Shown: positions 36,873 to 50,929 of the stretch, one piece after another
How positions within the stretch are numbered: position 1 is the first letter of the stretch
Layout of the letters: each line of letters opens with the position of its first letter
NCBI RefSeq assembly: GCF_001194135.2
Contig: NC_068988.1
Coordinates: 14,357,030 to 14,419,115 of the forward strand
Direction of reading: 5' to 3'
DNA: 62,086 nucleotides
From: Octopus bimaculoides
Taxonomy: Eukaryota
Made by a program: the position numbers and the translations under genes
Notes under the pieces: model-generated
What the model was told of the DNA's origin: nothing
Databases searched by the model: none
The model's input: the letters and a program-made list of their open reading frames with translations, nothing else

Positions 36873-37269
36873 CACTCGATGGAGAGTAAGAACAAAAAAA
36901 TTATGGGCGTTATGTTTATGCCTTGCGATATTTTATTACGATTTTTTAATGTCCTGACTTCAAAGTCCACGGAAATCAAATGTGCCTTTACTGGTATCGT
37001 TTGCAAGATAAAACTATAAAAAGAATACCGGGAAATTGTTTCAGATAGAATTCTTCTTCAGTGTAAAGATAACAGAAAGGAAAGAAAGAGAGTAGAGGTT
37101 TACCTCCTCCATGTTTGATAAACTGATTACAACTAAGTTACTTAAACACTGAGGGTACAACGCTCGGCTGGCTTTCTTTTATTTTCTTCGTCATCTTTAT
37201 TCTGTCCTGAATATTCGACACGTCCCCCCCCCACGGTAATTTTATTGTGTTTTCTTATCATTTATCGTT

Positions 37270-37645
37270 TATATTTTATTTGTTTCAATCATTAGACTGA
37301 GGCCAAGCTGGGGCACCACCTCAAACAATTTTTAGTCGAACAAATCGATCCAGTACTTATTTAAAAAAAGAACGTCAGTATCGGTCACTGTTGCCAAACC
37401 GCTAAGTTATAGGGACATAATCACATCAGCACCAGTTGTCAAGCGATGGTGACATAAGCACATATACTCACACACACAATATATGTGTGTGTGTGGTCTT
37501 TCAGTTTCCGTCTACCAAATTCATTCACAAGGTTTTGGTCAACTCGAGACTATGGTAGTAGACGCTTGCCCAAGGTGCCCCGCAGTAGGACTGGATCAGG
37601 AAGTAAGACTTTGGGAAGCAAACGTTTTGCCACACAGCCACGCTC
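37270..37645 (-). mobile_element. SINE family B, degenerate full length
   Basis: Reverse-complement 3' and 5' modules both present. Confidence 0.8.
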
Positions 37646-38761
37646 GAGTCATTTTTATTTTTTTCTCAAATCATCCTTTATATTTCTCTTGTTCATGTTT
37701 TAGAGTTGTTTAGTTCTGAGAACTACGTATCACATGACTACATTGATCAGGAAATTATTAGGAGTGCTATCGCAAGAATTTTAAACACGCCAAAATTTTC
37801 GAAAATACAATTCCACATTCTCAGAAGTTCCTTTGACTGTTTATTCCCAATTACTTGCATACATGTGTGTTCGGTAACTCCAAAATAAATCCATTCGGCT
37901 TCGGACAATCACGCTCTATGGTTTACATACAAGGAAAGTCACTTAAACACTGTACAAACCTTCCAAGTCCTGCCTCAATCATCGTTAATTGTTGTACATT
38001 AGCAAACCATTGTAAGCTGATTCACCTATATTTAAATACAAATTAAATTCTCGCTCGTGGTAGAAATCAAATTAAATTTGTCACAAATCTTTACCGAATA
38101 CCGAAATCTCTTAAGCCTAGCTTTGTCCACAATGCTTCCTAATGTACAATGCAATAGAAAGAAGCAAGCAGATGACTGACTTTTTCCGTAAATTGCTTTA
38201 CAAACTAACATTTTTAGCCTTACTGTATGAAGGATATCATTTGTAGTAACCGAAACTATTTTTGACAAAGCTATGTTTTTCTCAAAACTGCTTTATTGAG
38301 TCGTGTATGTCTTTTCCTGGCATGCTTTGAGGCGAATCCTTTAAACTAAATCAACTCGCTATGATTAGAATTGCCCGGAAAATATTGTGTAATAAAAACT
38401 TGTCGAGCCGTTGACGTAATATTACTAATCTGATCAAGACAAATGGAAGAAGTTACAGATATTTTAATGCTTTTCCGAATTTGATTTTCTTTCTTTACAT
38501 TCGGTTTTCATAACTGCCATCAGAAGTATTTCTGCTTATTGCTAACTTATTCATAAGCTTTATAATTACGTGTTGATCGTAGAAGTAATATAATAAAAAC
38601 TCTTTCCAATTTTGGCACCACAGGGCCAACAAATTTGATGGGAGGGGTAATTAGATTACATCCATCCCAGTACTCTATTGTCACGTATTTTGTAGACCTG
38701 GAAAGGATGAAAGTCGACCTCAGAGGAATTTAAACTCAGAACGTAAAGATTATTATGTGTA

Positions 38762-38975
38762 TGGAAGTACATGGTTTAGGGTTAGCGTGTTGGACTCATG
38801 AACGTAAAATTGTGAACCGAGAGATGTGTTGTCTTCTTGAGCAAAAAACTTCATTTTACGATGTTGCAGTCCACTCAGCTGGTAAAAAGTCATCTTGCGA
38901 TGGACTGGCGTCCCATCCAGGGAGGAATATAAACGCCAGAGAAACTAGGAAACCGGATTTACATTCCTCCTTTCG
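38762..38975 (+). mobile_element. SINE with CORE-like plus GCGATGGACTGGCGTCCCATCCAGGG block
   Basis: TTGAGCAAAA...CAGTCCACTCAGCTGG followed by TGCGATGGACTGGCGTCCCATCCAGGG and GAAACCGG. Confidence 0.65.
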
Positions 38976-39034
38976 GAGTAATATAGACTATCCCACTATA
39001 TATCCCACTATATATGTATGCATCTGTGTATGTA

Positions 39035-39079
<45 letters not shown>

Positions 39080-39344
39080 TTGGCAAGCAAGCTACTTACT
39101 ACACAGCTACTCCTGCGCCTATGATGCCATTATTTTTAAAATCAGAAAATAAATAGGAAGCAATTGAAAACAAAATGGAAACTAAAATGATTCACTTGAG
39201 AGATTATGTTGGCCTACGAGAGGACAATAATGAGTCGTTAATTCGGTAATTTGTAAGCGACTTTCATGAATGAGTTTTTTAACGAAATGCCATTATCAGA
39301 TGTCACTGAAAAACAGAACTTTCTAAAATGTAATATCTTTTTAT

Positions 39345-39728
39345 CACTTCTTTCCTTTACTTGTTTCATTCGTTGAACTACGGCCATGCTGGGGCACTGC
39401 CTTGGAAGGTTAAGTCGAACATATTGACCCCAGTACTTATTTTTTAATTTTTTTAAAGTCTGGTACTTATTGAATTGGTCACTTTTGCCGAACCGCTAAT
39501 TTACGTGAAGGCAAATAGACTGTCACCGGTTGTCAAACGTTGAAAGAACAAACACACACACATATACGGGCTTCCACACAGTTTCCACTTAACAAATTCG
39601 CTCAAAGGATATTGGTCGACCTAGGGTTACAGAAGAAGACACTTGCCAAATATGCTGCGCAGTGAGACTGAACCCGTGATCAACGTTTGGCAGAACGGGG
39701 TTCTTAACCACACAGCCATACCTGCACC
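39345..39728 (-). mobile_element. SINE family B, degenerate full length
   Basis: GGCCATGCTGGGGCACTGCC...CCGAACCGCTAA...AGAAGACACTTGCC...CCACACAGCCA. Confidence 0.8.
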
Positions 39729-39972
39729 TCCAAATTTTTTGTCAGCGAGCTCTTTAAGCCTTGATATTACAGAGTGATTTTGTTTCTTAAGAATCCATCG
39801 GATATCATCAAAAACATGTGATATGTCACCGCTGATATGCGTGTCAGATTCGCCATCACTGACCTGTTGCGTAAGAAGGATGTAATGACCATAGATAGAA
39901 TGGCAATGGAATGGAGAAACTTGCCCTCAGATTCCCGAACTTTCACCAGACCAGATTGCCTCTGTCTTATTC

Positions 39973-40005
<33 letters not shown>

Positions 40006-40048
40006 TTATCTATCTATCTCTCTACCTATCTGTCTGTCGATCTATCTA

Positions 40049-40095
<47 letters not shown>

Positions 40096-40918
40096 GAGTC
40101 GGTTACTTCACACTGTAACTAGGGCCTCTGTACCAAAAATAGAGAAGGATTGAACAAGGAACTAGCTACTTCTCTCCATGGAAAAGCTGATAAGCTACTG
40201 GAAGCATTGTCTCAGCCAATAAAGTTTTATCGATGATTGAATCACTCTCATGTACGGTTTTCTTTCGATCTTTGGGCATAATATAGTAAATAACTATGTT
40301 ATACAAACTGAAAATAACAAATAATCCTTAGTAATCCGAAATAATTGGAAATGGCAACTGCAAGACTTCGCTTATTTATTTATTTAATTATTTATTTATT
40401 TGTTGCGGTATTTCATGTTTTATTTAACTCTAGGTATGATTTCGAATATAACAATAGGCAATACCCTTCCACGGGGAAAGACTAAAAAATGTCCGCATAA
40501 CATGTTTACAAATAACGTGGTTTTCTTTTTAAATTATTTTATTTTCAGAGAGTTATTAATGGAGGCTTCTGAAAGGCACATAGCCTAATGGTTAACGTGT
40601 TCCTTTCAAGATCAAAAGGTTGTTGGTCCGCTTCTTAGGCAGGATGGAGAGTTGTCGCCCTGAGCAAGGCACTATTTTGCGTTACATCACTCTGAAAGTA
40701 GTACCAATTGGGTGTTAGTGCAGCTACTATAGACTGTATGTTTAGCAGGAACAAGGGTGGGAGAGCGGAGGCTATCTCTGTTTGCTCACGACTAAATAGA
40801 CACTCAAAATAATAAATAAAAACTACAAGGTCATGCTCGTTTGTGAGTGACGGCCATCATTTTTGTTTAAATGGCTTCATTATCCAATATGTTTTAATTA
40901 AGACAACATCTCCTTTTC

Positions 40919-41230
40919 GATCCGTTGCTTCTTATTGAGAAGTCACAACTCCTGTACTACGGGCATGAGATTACAGTGTCGCAGGAGTGAAACGCCTGAC
41001 GGATTCTACAAGCCGAAATAAACGGCAGGAAACCTAGGGGCAAGCCAAAAACGAGATGGTTGAATAATAGCCATAGCCTTAATGGTTACACATGGGAGAC
41101 CAACAAGAAAGTATAATGACGGTTGCTTCTGATAAGGCCCTATGCAGGAGGTGCTTGTACACCCACGATCCTCTTAGCAATAGTGGACGAAGAAGACTGG
41201 CTGGATAGCTGGATGGCTGGCTGGATGGAT
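40919..41230 (+). mobile_element. RTE-clade LINE 3' fragment
   Basis: DPLLLIEKSQLLYYGH...*..*RILQAEINGRKPRGKPKTRWLNN matches the EPLLL.IERSQLRW.GH...GKRPRGRPRTRW terminus, followed by a (GGAT/GGCT) tail. Confidence 0.65.
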
Positions 41231-41979
41231 TAAGACCGTTGGATGTGACCTAGGGGAAATTTAGTGATTATTTCTTGCAAGCCATGCGACTACGTAAAGG
41301 CTCCTCTTTTGGTCCGACATATACCAGACCTAATTGTGTGTTGGTGTAATTTAAAGCAAGAATTGGTGTGTATTTTAGTTGTAATAGAAAAAATTTTAAG
41401 GAAGAATAAGAAAAATGAAGAAAATGTTTTTGTCTTTCGTTTTTCCATTAATAAAAGCTAATACATGATATACATATGGCATCAGAAGTATTACAAGTTA
41501 ATACAAGCACAAATATATTGTGTAGTTGCGTGTTCCAGATACATTTAAAAATACAACAAAAATGACGGCAAACGTGAAGAGATGAGCAGAAATGGTTTTA
41601 GTAATAGAGTCAGTACCCAGAGGTGAGAATATGTTTACGAAAACATTGCGTGTGTAGGTACGCACGCATGAAGACTCACACACACAAATACGATCCCATA
41701 CGCACACCAACACAACCACACACGCACACAGACAGAGAAAATATAGATCTGTGATTATATGTGCACGTGTATATTTTCAAATTTCTATTGAAGGGTTTCA
41801 TGTTTTACGGTCTCTGTAATTAATTTTGTGTGAAGTTCTTTTATTACTTTAACTCTTCTGTTCATGTTGTTTCTGTTGGTAACTGCAAGTAAGTTTATTA
41901 TTATGTCGGCCATCATTATTAAGCGGTTGTCGTCAGAGCAGCCGGTGCCGGCCATGTTTTTGTAGCTGGATAGCTTTAA

Positions 41980-42330
41980 TGTACAGTGGCGTCTAATCGG
42001 TGATTCAATTAAGTTGCCATCTATTGAAACTGTTTCAAATTACAAGCTCGGGTCTTCAAGGGTGGACTATCAATCCTGTATATACGGACCCTCTTGCTAC
42101 TGCGGCGGCAACTTGAAATACTGAAGGAAATCTTAGAAAATTAAGACTTGGTGAAGCCGTATCTGCATTTGAGATAACATCATGGTAAAGGTTTTGGACA
42201 CCGAGGAACTTGAGGTGGTCAGCATCGTTCTAAAGACATATGGAATGGTAACCTAAACAAGTCAGTGGCCTTGTAACTCGGCAATTGAAGAAGCAACCCC
42301 TTGAAATTCAACAGTGCCATAAAACATTGG
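41980..42330 (-). mobile_element. Highly degenerate CR1/L2-group LINE fragment (end of RT)
   Basis: Minus strand DHLKFLGV...ASPSLNFLR...SVYTGLIVHP*...GNLIE resembles KYLGV...A...L.FLRR...AY..LVRP.LEY...IE. Confidence 0.4.
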
Positions 42331-42760
42331 ATCAGTGGTCAACTGTTGCATTGGACCTGGTTTTGGTCCGCACCTCAGGGTGGATAGAGACTGGGACAAG
42401 ATTACGAAAAAGTATCCAGAAATGGAATTTTTGGAAGCAAATTTTGACAGGTGGAGTAAAAGAGTCGAATGGATGCAATGTTTCTTTTACTCAGCGCCCA
42501 ACAGTCGTCTTTTACCACATTTTCCGTTTTATTATATCATCTGTTTTTTTATTTGTGTGTGTGTGTGTGTGTGTGTGTGNNNNNNNNNNNNNNNNNNNNN
42601 NNNNNNNNNNNNNNNNNNNNNNNNNNNNNNNNNNNNNNNNNNNNNNNNNNNNNNNNNNNNNNNNNNNNNNNNNNNNNNNNNNNNNNNNNNNNNNNNNNNN
42701 NNNNNNNNNNNNNNNNNNNNNNNNNNNNNNNNNNNNNNNNNNNNNNNNNNNNNNNNNNNN

Positions 42761-42820
<60 letters not shown>

Positions 42821-42826
42821 GTGCGT

Positions 42827-43560
42827 GCTGACTGCAGTTGCTTTGCAGATGGTTAATACCTTGTCTATGTTTCTGCAAATTCTACATTTATGCTGTCTGA
42901 TTGAGTGGTATCAACTGTCTCTTTATCAAATTCGTTCTAACAGCTTGTTTCTGAGCGGCTATATTTAGTGATTCAGTCGCTCTTTTCAGGTTTCCATCTC
43001 TCTGTTATAAGCAGTGTTCAACACTTCCATCTTTCTCGTTTGTTTCTCTATTTTTCGTACGAAATATCTATAGTTCTTTTTTTCTATTTCTAACTGTGTT
43101 CTGTGATTCTTCTTGTTATTTTTGAAATTTTTCACTGATTCAATAATTTCTTCGATATTTCTAGTATTTCCCCCCACCCCAATCCTCTTATCACAACACA
43201 CAACACACTTTTCTCAAAACCCCAAATTGCAGCATTTCTGGTGTCTTCTGCTTTCAACAAACCTCCTCTTTTCTTGTTAAATACAATCCGATTACATTTC
43301 GTTTACAGCGGTATACGTTATGCATAGCGAGCAACTTCCTAGTTCTATCCATTTCATGTTGATCTTTGTCCACTTTAAAAAGGAGAGCAGAATACCAAAA
43401 TACTGCCACGGCTCAAACACTGATTACTTTTACCTCCATTTAGTTTCGTATTAAGCAACACTTTCCAACACTTCTCTCTTATAACCATAGAAGAAAATTC
43501 CTCCCATTTTCTTCTCAATCATTTTATCATTCTACATCATTCCTATGTCTCTGCATCCCT
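42827..43560 (-). mobile_element. Degenerate R4/Dong fragment (post-RT region to CCHC knuckle), second subfamily
   Basis: Minus strand with frameshifts: KVLLNTKLNGG, EMDRTRKLLAMH, NVIGLYLTRKE, DGNLKRATESLNIAAQKQAVRTNLIK, CRICRN, INHLQSNC. Confidence 0.7.
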
Positions 43561-43579
43561 CATTCCTGGTCAATGATCT

Positions 43580-44237
43580 GAAGATAGCATATATTTGGTT
43601 TTGCACATAGTATTGTCCTAGAGAATGTTTAAGAAAAGATGAGAAAATCATGAATTTGTTTTAAAATTTTGAGATTACTTAGACAGTATTTTACGTAGGA
43701 TATGGGCTATTAGCTCTCTTTTGGGCATTTGCTATTGAGAGGTTTTTCTTGCCATTTATCAGTAAGAATATCTAAGGCACAGTTTTAGTACAGTTTTTCA
43801 TACGCTTAGCTTTTTCTGTGTTTGTTTCTAGTACATCTAATTCTGGAATTTGTTGTATTTGGAATCCACTTCCATATTCCTTTTGCCTGTTTCGTTAGGA
43901 TATGATGCTTTCTTGTTTCCATACTTTGAGACAAATTTTCACATCCAGTCATCAGAGTTTTTCAGGTAGGTGTCTAGGCCAATTGTGGCATTCTTCATTG
44001 TTAATTCTAGTTGCAAAAGTCCACAAACACCCTCTTTTCTTGGCAGGTAAAATTGTTCTATATCTGCCTTAGGGTGGTGCATTCTATGCATTGTCAACAA
44101 TTTTTGTATTTTTCTGTCAAGATTACAGATTTCAGTAATTGACCAGTTAATGATATTGAAACCGTGAGTTACAACTGGTATGGTTAAAATACTGATCGCT
44201 TCGATCCTGTTTCTCGCATTCAGCTCTGTTTTGTGTA
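43580..44237 (-). mobile_element. Internally deleted R4/Dong fragment with 3' UTR
   Basis: ORF 43939-44244 KTELNARNRIEAISILTIPVV...NLDRKIQKLLTMHRMHHPKADIEQFYLPRKEG. Downstream, ...KRAN jumps straight to GCCCATATCCTACGTAAAATACTGTCT (AHILRKILS) and the UTR, skipping the zinc knuckle and RLE. Confidence 0.85.
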
Positions 44238-47200
44238 TTATCATTACTATTATTCCGCCGAGCTCGACTTTAATCCTTTCGAGGTCGATGAAATATGTAC
44301 CAGCTGTGTACTGGGTGTTGATGTAACCGATTTACCCGCTCTCCAAAAATTTCAGACATTGTGCCTATGATAGAAAGTGTTATTATCATTACTATTGAGG
44401 TAGTAGAGTGTCAGAAATATCCTCTATCGGATTATTTAGCAGTATTTAGATTCATTTCTCTGCGTTCTGGAGCGCGAAGAACGTCAACCTCAAATTAACC
44501 TTTTGTATGTTCAGGGTTAGTAAAATAAGTTAATAATCACAATATAAAAGTATACTTAATCGATTGAATATGGCCTTGTGTTTAAATTATAAAATCATTA
44601 GTATTATTTTCATTGTAATCTTAAAATTTATGGTTGGCACAGGATATTACATTAGTTGTGATTTTTGGCGTAAAACTAATAACGACGTATCCAGCTGAAT
44701 TGAGTATAATTCAGTTTTGATCGTAGTGGCTTAAACAAGCAGAAATGCTAGCCGACATCATCACAGTTAATATAAAATTCAATAGTCATTGCCACACATT
44801 TATGAACGAATATAATCAAATATTTTCAAAGCACCAGCTTCTCCACACAATAAGCTGTTTTCCCAAGTGAAGAATCATTCACCTATTCTGTGCTGCTAAA
44901 TTTCTATAAGTTGCAACCAATCACATTATGAGTAGCTTTATAATTCAAAATATGTTTATATTAGTTTATTAAACTCTCTTTCCTCATTTTCTTTTTTCTT
45001 TTTCTGCTTTAGAACTGCAACAGCTGTGCAGACGAGGCAGCAATTTCTTGATTTTCAAATTACTACTTCACTTTTGCAAGCTCTTAAACACTTCGGTTTA
45101 GCTTGTGTTAAGACCTACTACAGAATTAAAATCTAATAAATTTTGATTGGATTTTATAGAATATGTATGTTTAATATGCAAGACTGATTTGAAAGTGTTA
45201 TGCTAGAAAGGTCTTTAGCTATAGGATGAAGTCTATAATGGTTGTATATTAACTCTGTTGTTACAGCTCTATCATTACGCAGTTTGTATATCATATCTAT
45301 CTTGCAAAAACATACGTTTGAGTCAACGGCCGGGCACTGACACCTGAATGCGGAATGCGGTTGCGCAACATGACACTAGAGTACAACGAAAGTAAATAAA
45401 TACTTAGAACATAAGCACACTTGAGAAGTTTTATTCTTTTACTGGTTTAAGTCATCCAACTATGGCTACGGTGGAGCACTGTCATTTGTTTATATATTTC
45501 ATTGAGGCCATACTACTATCTTATAAACATGTTCTGTTTTAGCATTTATTCCGTTTGATTCGAGGTCTGATCGTTTTAACCACCAAGGTATTACTTCAGC
45601 CAACCTCTCGTTTTGTCTGACACCGTTAACTGAGTCCTGAAATAGGGCCCCGAAGGCAGTTTCTTACCATATATATATATATATGAGTGAATGTGGTGTG
45701 TGTTTGACTTTGTCTCTGTGCTGTCCCCCGATATCTCTTGACAACCGGTGTTGGAGTTTTTACATCCCCATAATGTAGCAGTTCGACAACTAATAGAACA
45801 TGTACCAAACTTTAAAAATAAATAAGTACTTGGGTTCGATCTGTTCAGTTAAAACCCTTCAAGGCGGTGCTTGCCCCAACATGGCCGTAGTCCAATGACT
45901 GAGACAAGTAAAAATTCTAAAAAGTAACGATAATACTATTAACGCTTGCAATGTGATCAGAACTGAAATAGTCAGATGCGTTGCCACTCCATTATTTTTT
46001 ATCTCACTGTACTAATTATAATTCTACAAGTAAATTGGTGTTCAATCATAATCTAAGAACACCCTCGACGAAAAAACATTGTCATATTAGATTAGATTAT
46101 TTTTGATAAACTTAAAACAGCAACCTATTATTTTGGTTTGATAGGACTTCATAATTTGCTCAGATTGTTGGTGTAGGCGTTTCGATCGAATTTCTTAAAT
46201 CACAATTATTATTGTGAAATATTTCTTTCTTAAAATAATATGTTTTAGCTACTCTCCTCCGGTGTTTGTTGTCGTCTCTTGTTTAATTTATTTTAAAGCT
46301 GTCTAATGTTTAGCAGTGATGTCGCGTAGCCTAGTGGTTATGGATATCGATGTACAATTATAAGTTCATGGTTTCGTTTCCGCAACCGGATGGTGCGTTG
46401 TGTCTTTCAGCAAAACAACTCGTTTCCGGTTGCTCTACTCAGCTGAAAACGAGTACCGACCGCATGCTAGTGTAGCTCTGTCTGTTTCTATCTATCTATC
46501 TACTTTATCTGTACCTATTCTTCTACTTCCTCCCTCTGTTTCTCTCTCTTCCCTTTACACCGGCATGGTCACATGCTTCCGGTCAATAATCCTTTCCTTC
46601 CTTGGCTTTCGCCAGGCAACGCACGCACCACTTTGTCCCTCTCGGGTCCGTGCCTCATCGCGTTCTTACACACATAATTTTTCTCGTCTGGCCGTAAAGC
46701 CTTTTCTGTTTGTTTTCCTGTCTTGTTTTTTGTCCGCCACTACATTCCTCCATGGCTAGATTTAATTTGCGTATACAAATTTAATCTGCGATCCATGGGA
46801 CGAGCCGTTTTNNNNNNNNNNNNNNNNNNNNNNNNNNNNNNNNNNNNNNNNNNNNNNNNNNNNNNNNNNNNNNNNNNNNNNNNNNNNNNNNNNNNNNNNN
46901 NNNNNNNNNNNNNNNNNNNNNNNNNNNNNNNNNNNNNNNNNNNNNNNNNNNNNNNNNNNNNNNNNNNNNNNNNNNNNNNNNNNNNNNNNNNNNNNNNNNN
47001 NNNNNNNNNNNNNNGTATGTATGTATATTTAGTCGAAAGACATCTGTTGTTATTGTCCTGTTATTATTTTAATTTTATTGTATTTTTCTAGCATTGTTCG
47101 TTTTTTTCCGTCCTTGTTTTTGTATACATTCGCTGCTTTCTTCCAAGGAATCTAATGCTTTTAGCTTGGGGCTGGCAAGATTAGAGCAATATCGAGAATA

Positions 47201-47311
47201 ACCAGCCGAAATCTGGATCTCGACTGAGGAAAGAAAACTCCGAATAGCCTGTCCTTGTTTTCTTCGTCTATCTGGATGTTTTGTGTTCTTGTCCCATTTT
47301 TGTATTATATA

Positions 47312-47353
<42 letters not shown>

Positions 47354-48361
47354 TCACTCTCTTTCCCCCACTCCAATTGTTAAAGGCATTCCAACTGTGA
47401 CAGTTGTATTATTTATAGACAGTTTACGACTAAATAAATTATTTAATATATCCGTCTTTTTTCAACTTGCCAAAATATATCTTGAAGGAGATTTAAATGC
47501 TATTTCTAGAAGCTGGACAGACTACGTACGCATTCCCCGTAGTTAAGATATATCATATAAGAATCGTTATTTGCACTAGAGAGATCTGAAAGTATGACTT
47601 GCATATTTATTCTTGATACATTCTGGCAAATTCAATTCTTTTTTTAATGATATTGTGTTCATCGCGCACGCGGCTCATTGCGATACCGGTGTTTCGACAT
47701 ATTTTCTCTCGTCAGGTAGAAGTACTCCGACCTTCGGGCCTGAACAAGCCACTAAAGCTCTTTCCTGGAAACGTCGAATCCTCAACGTTTAGCTCAACGC
47801 TAACGAAGGGCTTAAAGGACCATTTACGCTTGCTTATGACTACACAGTAACTTAAAACAATTGGCGGAAGCACGATGTTCATGCTACCTGGTCATATTTG
47901 TTTGCGACTACTAGCTATGGTTTTACTGTTTAGCAACATTATAGAGTACTTTATAGTAAAGCAAACAAAATATTCAGAGAATAAATAACAAATCTCTTTA
48001 AATAGGATAGAAAGATACTATAAAATAAATTCTTGGTAGTTTTACTTTACTTTCCTGATAGCGCCTGTTCTAATTAATTGCAAACACCATTGTAAAACTG
48101 ATACATAAATAAATATCTAAACAAAATATCTGTTTTGAAAGAATGATATAATGACACGTTAACAAGAATTTATCGCTTTCTCTTAATCTGTTTTTCAAAC
48201 ATTTAATCTAAATACTAGTTTTGAGATTGTCCTTTATAATATAGCATAAAATTGCAAAGAATTAGATGTTATATAGTGCACTGAGATGACATTATAGCTA
48301 AACCTATCGACAATTATTTTACATGAACAACAACAACAACAACGACAGGAACAACAACAAC

Positions 48362-48416
<55 letters not shown>

Positions 48417-48589
48417 TCATATCATATCTACACGGTACGAGACAACATTCAAAGTTATCGATTAATCATTTCGTAAGTGTAGTAGAAAAACTTAATTTTA
48501 ATTTCCTAAGCCATTACTTTCCCTCTGTGGATTCCACGGCGTTCTCTTTCTTTCGTGAACACGTTGCCAATTAGAAAGTATTTCATGCG

Positions 48590-48830
48590 TCTTTTACCTT
48601 CTACTTGTTTCAGTCATTTGACTGCGGCCATGCTGGGGCAATACCTTGAAGAATTTTTAGTCAAATGAATCGACCACAGTACTTTTTTTTTGTTTTGTTT
48701 TGTTAATGCTGGTACTTATTCTCTCAGTCTCTTTTTGCTGAACCGATAAGTTACGGGGACGTAAATACACCAACACCGGTCGTCCAGCTGTGAGGTGGTC
48801 GACCAACACAGGCACAAAGACAAGCATACA
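48590..48830 (-). mobile_element. SINE family B, 3' half
   Basis: TACTTGTTTCAGTCATTTGACTGCGGCCATGCTGGGG...GGGGACGTAAATACACCAACACCGGT. Confidence 0.85.
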
Positions 48831-48890
<60 letters not shown>

Positions 48891-49207
48891 GGCGCGTGGC
48901 TTAGTGGTTCGGGCATTCAGCTCGTGATCATTATGTCGTGAGTTCAATTCCCGGTGACGCGTTGTGTCCTTGAGCTAGAAATTTTATTTCAAGTTGCTCC
49001 AGTCCACTCAGCTGACAAAAGCGAGTAGTACCTGTATTTCAAAGGTCCAGCCTTGTTACACTCTGTGTCATGCTAAATCTCCCTGAGAACTAAGTTAAGG
49101 GTAAACGTGTCTGTGGAGTGCTCAGCCACTTGCACGTTAATTTCACATGCAAGCTATTCCGTTCATCGTATCAGCTAGCACCCTCGTCACCGTAACCGAC
49201 GGAGTAC
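48891..49207 (+). mobile_element. SINE family A (tRNA head plus CORE-like domain), full length
   Basis: GGCGCGTGGCTTAGTGGTT (A-box)...GAGTTCAATTCCC (B-box), TTGTGTCCTTGAGC...GCTCCAGTCCACTCAGCTG, 3' GTAACCGACGGAGT. Confidence 0.9.
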
Positions 49208-50929
49208 CTCTCTCTCTATATATATATATATAATGAGTTTCAGTTTCTATCTACACACGGCTTTGGTCGGCTCGAGGCTATAGTAGAAGGCACTTGCTCA
49301 AGGTACTACGCAGTGTCACTGACCTCATAACCATGTGGTTGGGAAGCAAACTTCTTACTACACAGCCACGCCTGTCGCTTTTGTTATTTTCTAGTCTTTG
49401 AGAGCTTCTCATCAATTAACAAACGACACAAAGATTAACTGATGTTGATAGGTTTCAGCTAAGTAGTTGACGTTATCCACTGTTTGTTGTGAGAATACTC
49501 TCTTTTAAGATGAGATGAAGAGCCCAGACACGTTGGTTTGGATGTTAAATATTAAACAAACTTCATGAATACATTTAGCAAATGAAGTAACCACTTAAAA
49601 GAGCACTCGCTAGCCAGAGATACTGAAGCGTAAATATTTCGTCTTTTGCTGCAGGTTAGTGCACCCACGTCCTGAATCCAAATTCGGTATGTTTTATTCC
49701 GTCGAAATTGCCAAGGTACATCAGTCTGAGGAATGATGATCGTATCCTGTAGTCTGAGAAAGACGGTTCTGCATTTTCTTGCTGGACAACCTGTACAAAT
49801 GATTTGTTTATAGTTATGTTTGTCCTACCATTAGTTTATTCTCACCGTATCACAGTCAGAAGTCGAAGTGATCACAGAACAACACGAGTCGAAGTGTTTT
49901 GCTCAAAAATACAGCACAACGCAAAAACTGAAACCATGATCTCGCGATCGTGTCTGCAACGACCTAACCTCTAGGCTATGCGCCCCCTATCGGATAAATA
50001 CTCAACCACACACACGTTATGCGAAGGTACGTTATGTAGTTGTTAGAGTATTGAACTCATGATCGTAGGATTGTGGTTTCGATTCCCAGACCGAAGAGTG
50101 CGTTGTGTTCGTGACTAAAATGCGCTGCATTTCACATCGCTCCAGTCCTCTCAGCTGTTAATTTCTCCCAGCAATAATGACGGGTCGATGTCCTGTCCAA
50201 TGGAATTGTTGTAACCTCAGTCATTTATACGCGGTAGAAACCGGTTTAATCTCTGACCTTAGTTGACTTAGGGCTCATAAAAGAACTAAGATAAGAAACT
50301 ACATGTTATTTCAGAAGCTAGTAATGCAGCTAAACTAAAGATAACCATCCATCCATCAGTCCATCCACATAAACATTTCTCGGCTCAGTGAGGATCTAGC
50401 ATGATGCAATAATCCTGTTGACTTTGGCAGAAGGACTGACACATATATGACAGCTATTAATGCGACAGGACGAATTTTCTAGTTGTAAGAAATACGTCAT
50501 CAAATTTCTCAACACCTGCTAAGTCATTTGCACACAAAAATACAGTTAATAATCCTAATCAATATTGTTAGAAAAAATGGAATTATTGTGATATGAATTA
50601 TCCGCCTCACTATATTTAATTCTATGCATCGATGTACAGATTTATGTTTCAGCCTGCTTTTCATCTCGACGAAATGGATACGTAAAAAATAAAACTATCA
50701 AATCTGATCACTGAGATTTGGAACTGGATTTCAAAGTGTTCAGGCAACATTGGATATTTTCATTCATGTATAATGTCAACTTTTCCTTCCATACCCTTTT
50801 TGATTTTCATAAGCGTTTAATAACACACAATGTGTGTGATTCGTGCACGTAACACTGGCGAATCCGCCTTTGTCATTGGTGGGTTAATGTAAATCTAACA
50901 TTGCTAACTTCAGAAATGTGTGAATGGAA

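Noticed and set aside
46760-46811. Possible exon 3: after a pyrimidine tract and TAG, the phase-1 frame reads D-LICVYKFNLRSMGRAV, containing RSMG as in GRD-type subunits
   Set aside because: Two residues shorter than the conserved spacing to RSMG, lacks PP and PISE, and runs into a gap. Most likely coincidence; a cDNA alignment would settle it.
47224-47253. CTGAGGA...CTCC-GAAT...GTC hammerhead-like string in a PLE-like repeat
   Set aside because: GAAA is GAAT, and stems I and II do not pair.
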